Shown: positions 32,312-41,750 of the stretch, in pieces
Position numbering within the stretch: the first letter of the stretch is position 1
Layout of the letters: each line of letters begins with the position of its first letter
Virus record (IMG/VR): IMGVR_UViG_3300012200_000004
Location: 1-43,731 of that record
From: a virus
Taxonomy: Duplodnaviria > Caudoviricetes
DNA length: 43,731 nucleotides
Direction: 5' to 3' (one strand)
Position numbers and translations under genes: made by a program
Notes under the pieces: generated by a model
The model's database searches: none
Told to the model about the DNA's origin: nothing
What the model saw: only the letters and a program-made list of their open reading frames with translations

Positions 32312-33650
32312 GATCGCTATCCCCGCCGGGCAGGCGGAGCTCGAAGAGCTGCTTGCCGACGGTGCCAAGGTTCAGAACCTCATGCGTGAGGGTCAGTTCA
32401 CCGACGTCGTCAAGGCGTATGCCAAGCACGTCTCCGAGACCGACTCGGGTATCGCCGACCAGATCAAGATCGAGACGCAGAAGGTCCTCGCCGACTACCT
32501 GCGCGAGAACGAGCAGCACGGCGCCCTGAAGGCCCTTAAGGACGGCGGCGTCAGCGCTGTCGCCAAGTCGGGTCGTGACGCGTCGATCTACAACCGTAAC
32601 GCTGTCGGCGCCAAGCTCGACAACCAGTTCGGCTCGCTCGCCGAGTACATGAAGACCATCTGGCACAACACCTACCGTGACGAGGCGACCAACGCCAAGC
32701 TCACCGCTCTCCGCAACGCCGTGGCTTCCACGGTCGAGCCCGGCGGCGGCGGCTTCCTGGTTCCGGAGTCCTTCCGCTCCGAGCTGCTCCAGCTTTCGTT
32801 GGAGACCGGTGTCGTGCGTGGTCGTGCCCGGGTCATCCCGATGGAGACCTCTCGGGTCCTCATCCCGACCGTCGACTCGACCAGCCACACCACCAACGTC
32901 TTCGGTGGTGTCCAGGCCTTCTGGACCGAGGAGTCTGCGGCCATGACGGACGTCGGCGCCACCTTCGGGCGCGTCGCGCTCGAATCGTGGAAGCTGACCG
33001 CGTTCGCCAACGTGCCGAACGAGCTCATCCAGGACTCTGCGGTCTCCTTCGAGGCGTGGATGCGCGCTTCGTTCCCGCAGGCGCTGTCGTACTTCGAGGA
33101 CGACGCGTTCATCAAGGGCAACGGTGTGGGCCAGCCCCAGGGCTACCTCAACGCCAACTCCCTGGTCGTCCAGGCTGCCGAAACCGGCCAGCCGACCGCT
33201 ACCATCGTGTGGGAGAACATCGTCAAGATGTACTCGCGCATGCTGCCCCAGTCCCTCGCCACCGCGGTGTGGGTCGTCTCCCCCGACACCTTCCCCGAGC
33301 TGGCCACCATGGCGCTCTCGGTCGGTACCGGTGGTGGCCCCGTCTGGCTGAACAACGGTGTTGCGGGTCCGCCCATGAGCATCCTCGGCCGTCCGGTGAT
33401 CGTCTCCGAGAAGGTCAAGGCCCTTGGGTCGCAGGGTGACATCTCCTTCGTCGACTTCGGCTACTACCTGATCGGCGACCGTCAGGCCATGACGGTCGAG
33501 TCCAGCCCGCACTTCCGCTTCCAGAACGGTGAGACGAGCTACAAGTTCGTCACCCGTGTCGACGGCCGCCCGTGGCTGCAGTCGGCTCTGACTCCCCGTA
33601 CTGGTGGCGCCACGCTCTCCCCGTTCGTCACTCTGGCCGCCCGGCCGTAG
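32304..33650 (+). CDS. major capsid protein (HK97 fold)
   Basis: GGFLVPE, ELIQDS, G-x-G-x-x-QP-x-G, LGRPV, DF..Y, R-x-DG. Confidence 0.95.
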   Translation: MPKIAIPAGQAELEELLADGAKVQNLMREGQFTDVVKAYAKHVSETDSGIADQIKIETQKVLADYLRENEQHGALKALKDGGVSAVAKSGRDASIYNRNAVGAKLDNQFGSLAEYMKTIWHNTYRDEATNAKLTALRNAVASTVEPGGGGFLVPESFRSELLQLSLETGVVRGRARVIPMETSRVLIPTVDSTSHTTNVFGGVQAFWTEESAAMTDVGATFGRVALESWKLTAFANVPNELIQDSAVSFEAWMRASFPQALSYFEDDAFIKGNGVGQPQGYLNANSLVVQAAETGQPTATIVWENIVKMYSRMLPQSLATAVWVVSPDTFPELATMALSVGTGGGPVWLNNGVAGPPMSILGRPVIVSEKVKALGSQGDISFVDFGYYLIGDRQAMTVESSPHFRFQNGETSYKFVTRVDGRPWLQSALTPRTGGATLSPFVTLAARP

Positions 33651-33659
33651 TGGTAGTGC

Positions 33660-33693
33660 CCCGCCGGTAGGCCTTTAACTCCCTACCGGCGGG
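33660..33693 (+). terminator. hairpin after the major capsid gene
   Basis: CCCGCCGGTAGG...CCTACCGGCGGG. Confidence 0.65.
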
Positions 33694-33735
33694 CTATCAG
33701 CAGGGCATTGAAACCCCCTGCGGAAAGAAGGAATT

Positions 33736-34209
33736 ATGGCTTCTCAGAGCGGACTCGGTCGTGTGTTCAACACGGTCGCCACTGCTTCGGCCGTCGCAAT
33801 CCCCCTGTCCCGCGCTGCCGCGGTCAGCTACATCTTCGCTCAGCCGGGTACCGGTACAGCCACTCTGACGTTCACCCAGAACGACTCGACGGGCGTCAAG
33901 TCTCCCGTCGCGCTGAACGTCTGCACCGATGACTTCTCGACCGCCGGTGGTCCGGGTAAGGCTGGCGCGTTCTACGTCGGTCCCGACACTGGTGGCACGT
34001 GGACTCTCACGGCCGCTACTTCCGCCAACGTCCTCACCCTGGGCGGCGCTACCAACGACTCTGGCGTCTTCACCGTTCGTGGGGCTCAGCTCTCCGACGG
34101 CTACGACTCTGTGGTCGCTACGGCGTCCGCCGGTTCCTGCGTCGCGGTTCTCCATGACCTTGAAGTTCAGCGCAAGGGTGCCAACCTCAAGTCCACCCTC
34201 GTGGCGTAA
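33736..34209 (+). CDS. putative head decoration / virion protein
   Basis: Follows MCP; A/T/G-rich; codon usage resembles MCP. Confidence 0.6.
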   Translation: MASQSGLGRVFNTVATASAVAIPLSRAAAVSYIFAQPGTGTATLTFTQNDSTGVKSPVALNVCTDDFSTAGGPGKAGAFYVGPDTGGTWTLTAATSANVLTLGGATNDSGVFTVRGAQLSDGYDSVVATASAGSCVAVLHDLEVQRKGANLKSTLVA

Positions 34210-34221
34210 GGGGGCTGAACA

Positions 34222-34677
34222 ATGTCTGTCATCGTTCAGGGCGATCAGATTCGTGGAATCGAGTTTGGGTTCCGCGTCAAGAAGGCCGCACTTGCACTCT
34301 CGGCGGCCACCCTTCCCGCGTTCACCGTCGTGGGTGGAGAGGTGATCATCACCAGCCTCACGCTGAAGGTGACTACCTCCATCACCACCGATGGTGGAAC
34401 CGTCGCGGTGAACAACGTCCCTACGGCTGGTAACACCATGACGATCGTCACGGCCACCAACCTGGGAACCACGGACACTGTCGCCGGTTCTGTGGTTGGT
34501 CTTGATGCTGCGGCCACCGCTGCCCCCTCGTTCCTCGTGGGCGGGCGCGTCGACCTCCAGGCCGTCGTCACTACCGGCGTGATTAACGTCGTCGGTGCTG
34601 CCGCGGTGAACGGCGCGACCGATGTGGTCATCACGTATGTTCCGCTCACTAACGGCGCCTACATCGTGGCCGCCTGA
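34222..34677 (+). CDS. putative virion protein
   Basis: Beta-rich; C-terminal Y-x-PL-x-x-GA. Confidence 0.6.
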   Translation: MSVIVQGDQIRGIEFGFRVKKAALALSAATLPAFTVVGGEVIITSLTLKVTTSITTDGGTVAVNNVPTAGNTMTIVTATNLGTTDTVAGSVVGLDAAATAAPSFLVGGRVDLQAVVTTGVINVVGAAAVNGATDVVITYVPLTNGAYIVAA

Positions 34678-34690
34678 CTCAACTGAATTG

Positions 34691-34721
34691 GGGCCGTCGT
34701 CAGTGGGCGGCGGCCTCTTTT
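34691..34721 (+). terminator. intrinsic terminator
   Basis: GGGCCGTCGTC-AGTG-GGCGGCGGCCT followed by CTTTT. Confidence 0.65.
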
Positions 34722-34748
34722 CGTGTCCAGTACCGAGGAGGGCTGGTT

Positions 34749-35030
34749 ATGTCGTACATCAACAAGCAGACCGCCACCGTTACCAGTGTGGCTTCGAGTG
34801 CGTCCAGCGTGACGCTCTTCGCGGCGAACGCGGCGGCGGCCGGGCGGACCATCTTCAACGACTCGACGGCTGTGCTGTACGTGAAGTTCGGCACCACGGC
34901 TTCGACGTCGTCCTACACCGTTCAGATTGCCGCGAACGGCTACTACGAGATCGCCCGACCTCTGTTCGGTGGGCGCGTGGACGGCATCTGGGCCTCGGCG
35001 AACGGTAACGCACGCCTGACGGAGTGGTGA
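34749..35030 (+). CDS. putative small virion protein
   Basis: 93 aa, beta-rich; GAGGAGG RBS. Confidence 0.6.
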   Translation: MSYINKQTATVTSVASSASSVTLFAANAAAAGRTIFNDSTAVLYVKFGTTASTSSYTVQIAANGYYEIARPLFGGRVDGIWASANGNARLTEW

Positions 35031-35031
35031 C

Positions 35032-35361
35032 ATGCCTCTCTTCAATCCGGCTGGTGCGCAGAGCGGTGACTTTACGATCGCCAGCGGTGACCTGATCGCC
35101 GGGACTGTCGGCAAGGGCCTGAAGATCAAGGAGGGCGTCAATGCCCGTATGGGCGTAGCTACTCTCGTCACAGGCGCGGCCGTAGTTCCCACAACCGCTG
35201 TCACCGCGATCTCTCGCATCTTCCTGACCGGCGACGCCGATGGCGGCACGGTCGGCTTCCCGCGAGTCTCGGGGCGCATAGCCGGTACATCGTTCTCGAT
35301 CACATCCGGCAACGCGCTGGACACTTCTACAGTTGCGTGGCTCATAGTCGAGCCCGCATAG
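35032..35361 (+). CDS. putative small virion / fibre-like protein
   Basis: G-x-ATLV-x-G...S-x-I-F-L-T...SF-x-ITS...D-x-S-x-VAW. Confidence 0.6.
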   Translation: MPLFNPAGAQSGDFTIASGDLIAGTVGKGLKIKEGVNARMGVATLVTGAAVVPTTAVTAISRIFLTGDADGGTVGFPRVSGRIAGTSFSITSGNALDTSTVAWLIVEPA

Positions 35362-35371
35362 GGGAGAGACC

Positions 35372-35791
35372 ATGTCCGGGGCCATCCTGGTTTCGCCCAT
35401 CAAGGTGAAGCCGACCATCGTGAACTACCAGGTCACGTGGGTTTCTGACGCGTCCGGAAACGTGGGCGGGTCGACGTTCAACGCCAAGACGGGGACCATC
35501 CTGGGCGTGGAATTCGTGCCTGGGACTAGCATCACCCAGCCGACCGACCTGTACGACGTCGACTGCCTGGACGCTCTGGGGATCTCGGTGTTCGATAACG
35601 GCGCGGCCACCTCTATCGGCTCGAACCTGTCGAACACCCTAGCCTCCCATCACGTTCCACTGGTCGGCTTGGCGGGTACCACGATCTATCGTCGGTGGAT
35701 CCGTGGCGGACCACTGCAGGTCACCGTACAGAACGCCGGTAACACAACTTCCGGCGTCATCAACATCTACGTGGTGGACGGGATCATCTGA
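35372..35791 (+). CDS. putative small virion protein
   Basis: 139 aa, beta-rich. Confidence 0.55.
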   Translation: MSGAILVSPIKVKPTIVNYQVTWVSDASGNVGGSTFNAKTGTILGVEFVPGTSITQPTDLYDVDCLDALGISVFDNGAATSIGSNLSNTLASHHVPLVGLAGTTIYRRWIRGGPLQVTVQNAGNTTSGVINIYVVDGII

Positions 35792-36297
35792 TGGCCGTTA
35801 CGCACGTTACCGCGCAGTACATCTTCTCTCGGCAGCGCGAGGACTCGACGGTCGCCCTGAAGAACTTCGTTTCGATGTGGAACCCCGTCACCTCGGGCAA
35901 GACGATCGCGTTCGGCGGCTTGTTCGTTTCCTATATGGCGACTGTGGCCTCGCCCTCGTATCCGATGCGTGGCTACCGGATCACCGTCCAGCCGACGGGC
36001 GGAACGCTGGCCACCTCGTCCGAGATATGCGCGTTCGACAACAAGGTCTTCATGCCCGCTGCCGAGATCAGGTACGGCAACCCGACGATCTCCGGCGTGG
36101 ATGGGGCGTTCTTCAATAGTCCGCCCTGCCTGATACAGGGCCAGAACACGACCGGCGTTATCGAGCGTATCGAGCCACCGCCTGGCTTTAACCCCTTCCT
36201 GGTTCGCCCGGGTGAGGGAATCGTCATGCGGCAGGACCAGGGCGCCGCGGGGCACTTCTGGAACTTCTCTATCGCCTGGACGGAACTCAATGGCTAG
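35791..36297 (+). CDS. putative virion protein
   Basis: 168 aa; PGEGI...W-x-E C-terminal motif; TGATG coupling. Confidence 0.55.
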   Translation: MAVTHVTAQYIFSRQREDSTVALKNFVSMWNPVTSGKTIAFGGLFVSYMATVASPSYPMRGYRITVQPTGGTLATSSEICAFDNKVFMPAAEIRYGNPTISGVDGAFFNSPPCLIQGQNTTGVIERIEPPPGFNPFLVRPGEGIVMRQDQGAAGHFWNFSIAWTELNG

Positions 36298-36607
36298 CCC
36301 CACGGCTCAGACCTCACTCGATAACGCCAAGGGGGCGACCGTCGGGCTAGCTGTGGATTTCACTGTCGCGAAGAAGGATGTTTCGTGTGTGGTCTTCACA
36401 TCTGGTCTCGTTACGGGCGGCATTGTGAGCATCGAAGCGTCCCATGACTCCCTGAACTGGGTGCCTATGGGGTCGCTTGCGACCGCTGACGGCAGAGCGT
36501 CCAGCCTGGACTTTTCACGCGGTGCTTATCGCTACTGGCGAGCCTCTATCCTGGACCCCATCAAGGGTGGGGGGACGGTCTCCGCCACCTTCATGGAGGC
36601 CAACTAA
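36290..36607 (+). CDS. putative small virion protein
   Basis: IEAS-x-D-x-x-NW...RY-x-R beta-sandwich motif; start reset to ATG 36290. Confidence 0.55.
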   Translation: MASPTAQTSLDNAKGATVGLAVDFTVAKKDVSCVVFTSGLVTGGIVSIEASHDSLNWVPMGSLATADGRASSLDFSRGAYRYWRASILDPIKGGGTVSATFMEAN

Positions 36608-36829
36608 ATGGACCAGGGGCGGATCTTGGACAAGCTGGATTCCATCGAGGCTAGGGGTGTTGAGACCCTGGTCGCGGTGACCCAGCTTCAGGAGCAGATG
36701 AAGGAGGTGCCGGATCTCAAGGTCCGGGTTTCATCTCTCGAACGCTGGAAGTGGACAGCGCTGGGGGCCGCCATGGCTTCCGGGACGTCTCTGTTCGCTC
36801 AGATCTATACGAATATAAAGGGGACGTAA
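36608..36829 (+). CDS. coiled-coil protein with C-terminal TM (XhlA-like)
   Basis: RVSSLERWKW followed by a hydrophobic tail. Confidence 0.65.
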   Translation: MDQGRILDKLDSIEARGVETLVAVTQLQEQMKEVPDLKVRVSSLERWKWTALGAAMASGTSLFAQIYTNIKGT

Positions 36830-36831
36830 GT

Positions 36832-37035
36832 ATGGCGATGGGATGGAAGATCGTCGCAATGATCCAGGAGGCCCGAGATCTGGACGACCTGGACCGCACC
36901 ACTCAGCCGAGGTCGTGCCCGATCTGCTACACCCCTCTGCGGGAGGGTATCGACACCAACCTGTTCTGCCCGTGGGACGGCTTGCAGTACCCGCACGACG
37001 CCTACGCCTGGGGAGAATACCCGGGCGCCTACTGA
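36832..37035 (+). CDS. zinc-ribbon-like small protein
   Basis: CPIC..PL...FCPWDG. Confidence 0.6.
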   Translation: MAMGWKIVAMIQEARDLDDLDRTTQPRSCPICYTPLREGIDTNLFCPWDGLQYPHDAYAWGEYPGAY

Positions 37036-37127
37036 GGGGCTACACTGTCCCAAGGTCACAACTAAATATTTCCCCAACTTCCGAGGGTTCGATCCCCTCA
37101 CGATCCCCGAAAGCAAGGACGAGGTAG

Positions 37128-38192
37128 ATGGGTCGCGTCTTTTATACGACGCGCGAAGAGGTGATGGACGCCTTCGACGTGAAGTCGGCCGCCAACCGAT
37201 CCGCGCAGATTGACTCTGCCATCGCCAGCGCATCAGAAGACATCGATGGCTGGCTCAACAGGCATAAGCACGGGCTTGCCCCCCGGGACGCGATCCGCTA
37301 CTTCCGCTGGCCGCAGTTCAATTACAGCCTTGCGTGGCGGCTGTGGTTCGATGAGAACGAGCTGATCAGCTTCACCGACATCCTCGCCGGTAACACGCCG
37401 ATCACCGCGGTGTTCCTGGAGCCTGTCAACTCGGGGCCGCCTTTCACGCACATGGAGATCGACCTTTCGTCTCTCCAGGCGTTCACCAACGCGAACACCT
37501 TTCAGCGCGCCATCCGGATCACCGGCACCTGGGGCTACAGCAACGACCAGAAGCCTGCCGGAATCCTGGGCGCGTCCCTGAACGCCTCTCAGACGGCCGT
37601 AAACGTGTCGGACGCCTCCCTGGTAGGGGTAGGGCACGTTCTGACCGTAGACGGCGAGCGAATGGCCGTAACGGGCCGCTCCAGCCTCACCTCCGGAGTG
37701 AACCTCGGGACCGGACTCACCGCGGCCAAGAACAACCAGTCGATCGTGGGCATCTCCGCCGGATTCAACGTGGGTGAGATCCTACTGATCGACTCCGAGC
37801 GCATGCGGATCATCGACAACAACGGCGTCAACCTGACGGTCGAGCGGGCCGTAGACGGGTCCACGCTGGCCGCCCACTCCATCGGGGCGACGCTGTACAC
37901 CTTCCGCGCCCTGACCGTGGAGCGAGGCGCTCTCGGCACCACCGCGGTCACCCACAGCAACGGCGCGGCCGTCACGAAGTGGGTCGTCCCCGACCTGGTG
38001 CGCGACCTGTGCCGAGCCGAAGCCATCACCCGCCTGGAGCAGGAGTGGTCGGCCTATGGTGCCCGCGTGTATTCCGATGAAGCTGAGCGCGACTCCGCCG
38101 GTACGGACGTCGTCTCTGGTCGTGGCCTGACCGACATTCGCAAGGCCTGCGCCCGCCGCTACAAGCGGAAGTTCCGGAAGCGTGCAGTGTAA
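37128..38192 (+). CDS. head-to-tail adaptor with inserted beta-repeat domains
   Basis: YTTREEV...ID-x-AI-x-x-AS..ID, ITG-x-WGY; two D-x-ERM...TVER...T-x-A-x-x-H-x-x-GA repeats. Confidence 0.75.
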   Translation: MGRVFYTTREEVMDAFDVKSAANRSAQIDSAIASASEDIDGWLNRHKHGLAPRDAIRYFRWPQFNYSLAWRLWFDENELISFTDILAGNTPITAVFLEPVNSGPPFTHMEIDLSSLQAFTNANTFQRAIRITGTWGYSNDQKPAGILGASLNASQTAVNVSDASLVGVGHVLTVDGERMAVTGRSSLTSGVNLGTGLTAAKNNQSIVGISAGFNVGEILLIDSERMRIIDNNGVNLTVERAVDGSTLAAHSIGATLYTFRALTVERGALGTTAVTHSNGAAVTKWVVPDLVRDLCRAEAITRLEQEWSAYGARVYSDEAERDSAGTDVVSGRGLTDIRKACARRYKRKFRKRAV

Positions 38193-38193
38193 G

Positions 38194-38631
38194 ATGACTA
38201 CCGTGAAAACTTGCGCTAAGTGCAAGACGGAGAAGCCGAGCGAAGAGTTCGTCAGGGAGTCCAGGAAGCCTGACGGCCGGGGGTCCCGCTGCCTGAGGTG
38301 TGCCGCAGCGGCGCAGAAGGCGTACCACGAGAGTCCAGCCGGACGTGAGGCCATCAAGGCGCAGAGGATCGCCCGACGGGCCACACTGCGAGTTCTCGTG
38401 AATTCGCACAAGGATGTTCCGTGTGCAGACTGCGGAGGGAAGTTCCCGCTCATCTGCATGGACTTCGACCATCTAGGAAACGAGCCGAAGGAGGACGAGA
38501 TCTCGACCATGGTCCATCGCCTGACGTCCGAGAGGCGAATCCTCGCAGAGATCGCCAAGTGCGAAGTAGTCTGCTCGAACTGTCACAGGGTTCGCACCCT
38601 GGAGCGCGGGCAGCACGGAAGGGCGATCTGA
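38194..38631 (+). CDS. HNH endonuclease
   Basis: CAKC...F...C..C; CADCG...DFDH...KCEVVCSNCH. Confidence 0.88.
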   Translation: MTTVKTCAKCKTEKPSEEFVRESRKPDGRGSRCLRCAAAAQKAYHESPAGREAIKAQRIARRATLRVLVNSHKDVPCADCGGKFPLICMDFDHLGNEPKEDEISTMVHRLTSERRILAEIAKCEVVCSNCHRVRTLERGQHGRAI

Positions 38632-38632
38632 C

Positions 38633-38782
38633 ATGGACGGCGTATATACCCAGTGCTCCGAGCGCTCGCCCCTCACCGGGAAACAGTGTGTCCGGATCGC
38701 TGGCACGCATGATGAGCATCAGGACCAGCGGGCTCGCGACGCCTGCTGCCACCGGTGGTTCGACGATGGGGTGACTCGATGA
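38633..38782 (+). CDS. Cys/His microprotein (49 aa)
   Basis: Manually translated; C...C......H..H......W. Confidence 0.45.
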   Translation: MDGVYTQCSERSPLTGKQCVRIAGTHDEHQDQRARDACCHRWFDDGVTR

Positions 38783-38931
38783 GGATCACGATCGAGCATG
38801 AGGGCTATCGGATGGTGGTCGAGCCGGAGCAGATCGCCGAGTACTGGATGAGTACGCCTGCGGGCAACCTCTCCTTCGAGGGCAATCTGAACTCCGACTC
38901 GAAGTGGGAGAAGGTGCCGGATGGCGATTAA
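38779..38931 (+). CDS. hypothetical protein (50 aa)
   Basis: Manually translated MRITIEHEGY...; ATGA coupling. Confidence 0.5.
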   Translation: MRITIEHEGYRMVVEPEQIAEYWMSTPAGNLSFEGNLNSDSKWEKVPDGD

Positions 38932-39391
38932 CTCTCAGGCCATTATCGACGACCTGGCCTCTCACGCTATGGCGTCCGGATACTTCGACCGGGTCAACCA
39001 GCATGAGCCGAAGAACGCCCCCGGCCGCGGGCTGACGTGCGCGATGTGGGTGGACAGCATCCTGCCAGCCCGCGGAATGTCGGGCCTGTCCTCGACTACG
39101 GCCCGGGTGACGTTCAACGTCCGGATCTACTCGAACATGCTGCAAAACCCGCAGGACATGATCGACCCCAATATCATGATCGCCTCTGACGCTCTGTTCG
39201 AGGCATACTCCGGCGACTTCACGCTGGGCGGGGACGTTGCGTGGATAGACCTTCTGGGCGTCCAGTCCGGGCATGCCCGGCATCCTCTCGGCGCCCAGTC
39301 GGGATACATCAACATCGACAACAAGGTGTACCGGGTCATGACACTCACCGTCCCGGTTTTCGTCAATGACGCCTGGCCGCAAAGTGAATAG
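38921..39391 (+). CDS. tail terminator / completion protein (putative)
   Basis: Size and position; D-x-TLGG-x-V motif. Confidence 0.7.
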   Translation: MAINSQAIIDDLASHAMASGYFDRVNQHEPKNAPGRGLTCAMWVDSILPARGMSGLSSTTARVTFNVRIYSNMLQNPQDMIDPNIMIASDALFEAYSGDFTLGGDVAWIDLLGVQSGHARHPLGAQSGYINIDNKVYRVMTLTVPVFVNDAWPQSE

Positions 39392-39731
39392 CGAAGAGAA
39401 GGCCGCCTACATGCGCGAATGGCGGAAGAAGAACCCGGAGCGCGCCAAGATGATCGGTGACCGTAGCCGGGTACGCAATGCGAAGCGTAACTACGATGAC
39501 GCGCGAGCCAGGTTCAATGCCATCAAGGACGGGCCGTGCATGGATTGCGGCGTCTGGTATCCGCCGTACGTAATGCAGTGGGATCACAGGGACCCCGCCA
39601 CCAAAGAGTTCACCATAGGGGCCACCGCTAGGAAGGCCTGGGGCAAGGTTGTCGCCGAAGTCGCTAAGTGCGACCTAGTGTGCGCAAACTGTCACGCGAT
39701 CCGAACGCACGAGCGTCGGAAGGAGCAATAG
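39384..39731 (+). CDS. HNH endonuclease (second copy)
   Basis: CMDCG..YPP..MQWDH.DP..K...KCDLVCANCH; start uncertain (39366, 39384 or 39411). Confidence 0.85.
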   Translation: MNSEEKAAYMREWRKKNPERAKMIGDRSRVRNAKRNYDDARARFNAIKDGPCMDCGVWYPPYVMQWDHRDPATKEFTIGATARKAWGKVVAEVAKCDLVCANCHAIRTHERRKEQ

Positions 39732-39734
39732 GAC

Positions 39735-40490
39735 ATGGCAAAGCAGTCAGGGCTAGGCGATCAACTTTTCATCGGTGGCTACGACATCGGTGGTGACACC
39801 TCGGCTATCGGGTCGCTGGCGACCCCGCACACCACGCTGGATGTCACGGGGATCACGTCCTCGGCCAACGAGCGGATTTACGGCCTTCGTGACGCAACGG
39901 CCGAGTTCACCACGTTCTTCAACCCGGGGCCTGTCGGCGGTCCGCTGGCTGGGGAGCACCTCGCCCTGCGCGCCCTGCCGTACGCCGACACGCAGGTCAT
40001 GTACCTGCACGGCCAGGCCATCGGGAGCGACGCGTTCTGCATGACCGGGAAGCAGATCAACTACGACCCGAACCGCGGCACGGACGGCTCTCTCGCTTTC
40101 GGCGTGAACGCCCAGTCCAACGGGTTCGGCGCCGACTGGTCGGTTCAGCTCACCGCCGGTAAGCGGTCCGACACCACGGCCACGAACGGCGCGGCGCTGG
40201 ACACTCTGGCCGCTGCCGCTTTCGGTTTCCAGGCGCACCTCCAGGTGTTCTCGTTCACCGGGACTTCGGTGGTCATCAAGATTCAGGATTCGCCGGACAA
40301 CATCACCTTTACCGACGTCGTGGGCGGCACGTTCACCACGGTCTCGGCGGCGCCCACCTTTGAGCGGATTCAGTCGGCATCGGCCACCCTCTCGGTCGCC
40401 CGCTACCTCCGGGTCATCACAACGGGCACCTTCTCTCAGTGCACGTTCGTCGTGGCTATCAACAAGAATGAAGCTGCGAGGGTGCTGTGA
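39735..40490 (+). CDS. tail-tube-like protein with C-terminal extra beta domain
   Basis: Starts MAKQSGL; D-V-T-G-I...ER..GL-x-D tube motif; IQDS-x-DN...F...RYLR domain. Confidence 0.65.
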   Translation: MAKQSGLGDQLFIGGYDIGGDTSAIGSLATPHTTLDVTGITSSANERIYGLRDATAEFTTFFNPGPVGGPLAGEHLALRALPYADTQVMYLHGQAIGSDAFCMTGKQINYDPNRGTDGSLAFGVNAQSNGFGADWSVQLTAGKRSDTTATNGAALDTLAAAAFGFQAHLQVFSFTGTSVVIKIQDSPDNITFTDVVGGTFTTVSAAPTFERIQSASATLSVARYLRVITTGTFSQCTFVVAINKNEAARVL

Positions 40491-40912
40491 CCGGGCTCCC
40501 CGCAAGGGCGTATCAGACGTTTTCCATCCGGGCGCCGAAGGGTGCACACCGGGAGGCGACGTGCGAAGAAGTCGAATGCCCGCAGTATCTCCGCGGCTGG
40601 AAGATGAGCCTCGACCTGAATAGCGAGCTAGGTCAGAAGCAGGCGTACTACATCAAGCACAAATCCGGCCGGGCCTACACGGTGGAATCTCAGGTGAATG
40701 GCCTGGTGACCCTGCTATTCTCGGGCAATCAGGAATGCTTTACCGCCCACAAGGTCCGCACAGATCTCCCGGAAGTCTTCTCCGTAAGGGGCGGGGACGG
40801 CCGGGGAAACCCTCTCAGGACACCGACGAGGGTACACAAGAAAGCCGAATTCTGGGTCGAGGAATTCGCCCAGAATCAGGATCGGCTCAACACCCTCAAA
40901 GAAAGGGGATAG
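40487..40912 (+). CDS. hypothetical protein in the tail block
   Basis: 141 aa; ATCEEV-x-C...GW...CF-x-x-H. Confidence 0.65.
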   Translation: MTGLPARAYQTFSIRAPKGAHREATCEEVECPQYLRGWKMSLDLNSELGQKQAYYIKHKSGRAYTVESQVNGLVTLLFSGNQECFTAHKVRTDLPEVFSVRGGDGRGNPLRTPTRVHKKAEFWVEEFAQNQDRLNTLKERG

Positions 40913-40915
40913 CCC

Positions 40916-41326
40916 ATGGCCAAGCAGTCCGGTCTCGCATGGACCACCCTGTCGGTCGATGACAGCGGTGGCACTCCTCGCGACATCCGTAACGACATCA
41001 CCAACTTCGACTTCGCGACCCCGCGAGCCGTCCAGGACATCACGGGCATCGACAAGTCCGCTATCGAGCGCCTTCTGCTCCTGGCCGACTTCTCGTTCAC
41101 GCTCAACGGGGTTGCCAACTTCACGGCGACCACCTCGGCTCACGCCGTCCTGAAGACGGTCTCCTCGACGTCGGTCAGCCGGACCGTGTCGATCGTCGTG
41201 GCCGCTCAGACGCTCAACAACGAGTGCCTGATCACCGACTACCAGCTCACCCGCTCCAACTCCGGTGAACTGACCTGGCAGGCTCCCGGCGTTCTCGCCG
41301 ACGGTACTGTCCCCACCTGGTCGTAG
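40916..41326 (+). CDS. major tail tube protein (putative)
   Basis: Starts MAKQSGL; DITGID...ER..L.D; G-x-LTW...G-x-VPTW. Confidence 0.7.
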   Translation: MAKQSGLAWTTLSVDDSGGTPRDIRNDITNFDFATPRAVQDITGIDKSAIERLLLLADFSFTLNGVANFTATTSAHAVLKTVSSTSVSRTVSIVVAAQTLNNECLITDYQLTRSNSGELTWQAPGVLADGTVPTWS

Positions 41327-41328
41327 TC

Positions 41329-41739
41329 ATGGCTGACCTGGTCCGTATCGACATACACGAGCTTCTCAGCGGCGCCTTGCTGGCCGAGCATGGCGCTCGC
41401 GCCCGGCAGATCATGAACGAGGTGGTCGACGAGGCCGAGCATGCCGGTGCGGACTGGGCTCATGACAAGATCCTGGACATCTACCACGCAGACTTCCGGC
41501 GACCCACCGGATACTACGAATCGCACGTCTACGCGAGGAACACGTCCACCGGGCTCGAAATCGGTGACGGCGGGTACGCTGGTCCGGTCTACGGGCCCTG
41601 GCTCGAAGGCGTCGGCTCCCGCAATGTCACTACCCGGTTCCGCGGGTATCACGCTTTCCGTATCGTGACCTCGATGCTGGAGCGGAAGTTCGCGGACATA
41701 GCCGAGCACATCCTGGAACGCCGCACCCGAGATTTCTGA
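41329..41739 (+). CDS. HK97 gp10-like neck / tail completion protein
   Basis: TG-x-Y...VYGPWLEG...F-x-GYHAFR. Confidence 0.65.
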   Translation: MADLVRIDIHELLSGALLAEHGARARQIMNEVVDEAEHAGADWAHDKILDIYHADFRRPTGYYESHVYARNTSTGLEIGDGGYAGPVYGPWLEGVGSRNVTTRFRGYHAFRIVTSMLERKFADIAEHILERRTRDF

Positions 41740-41750
41740 GAGGAAACACC

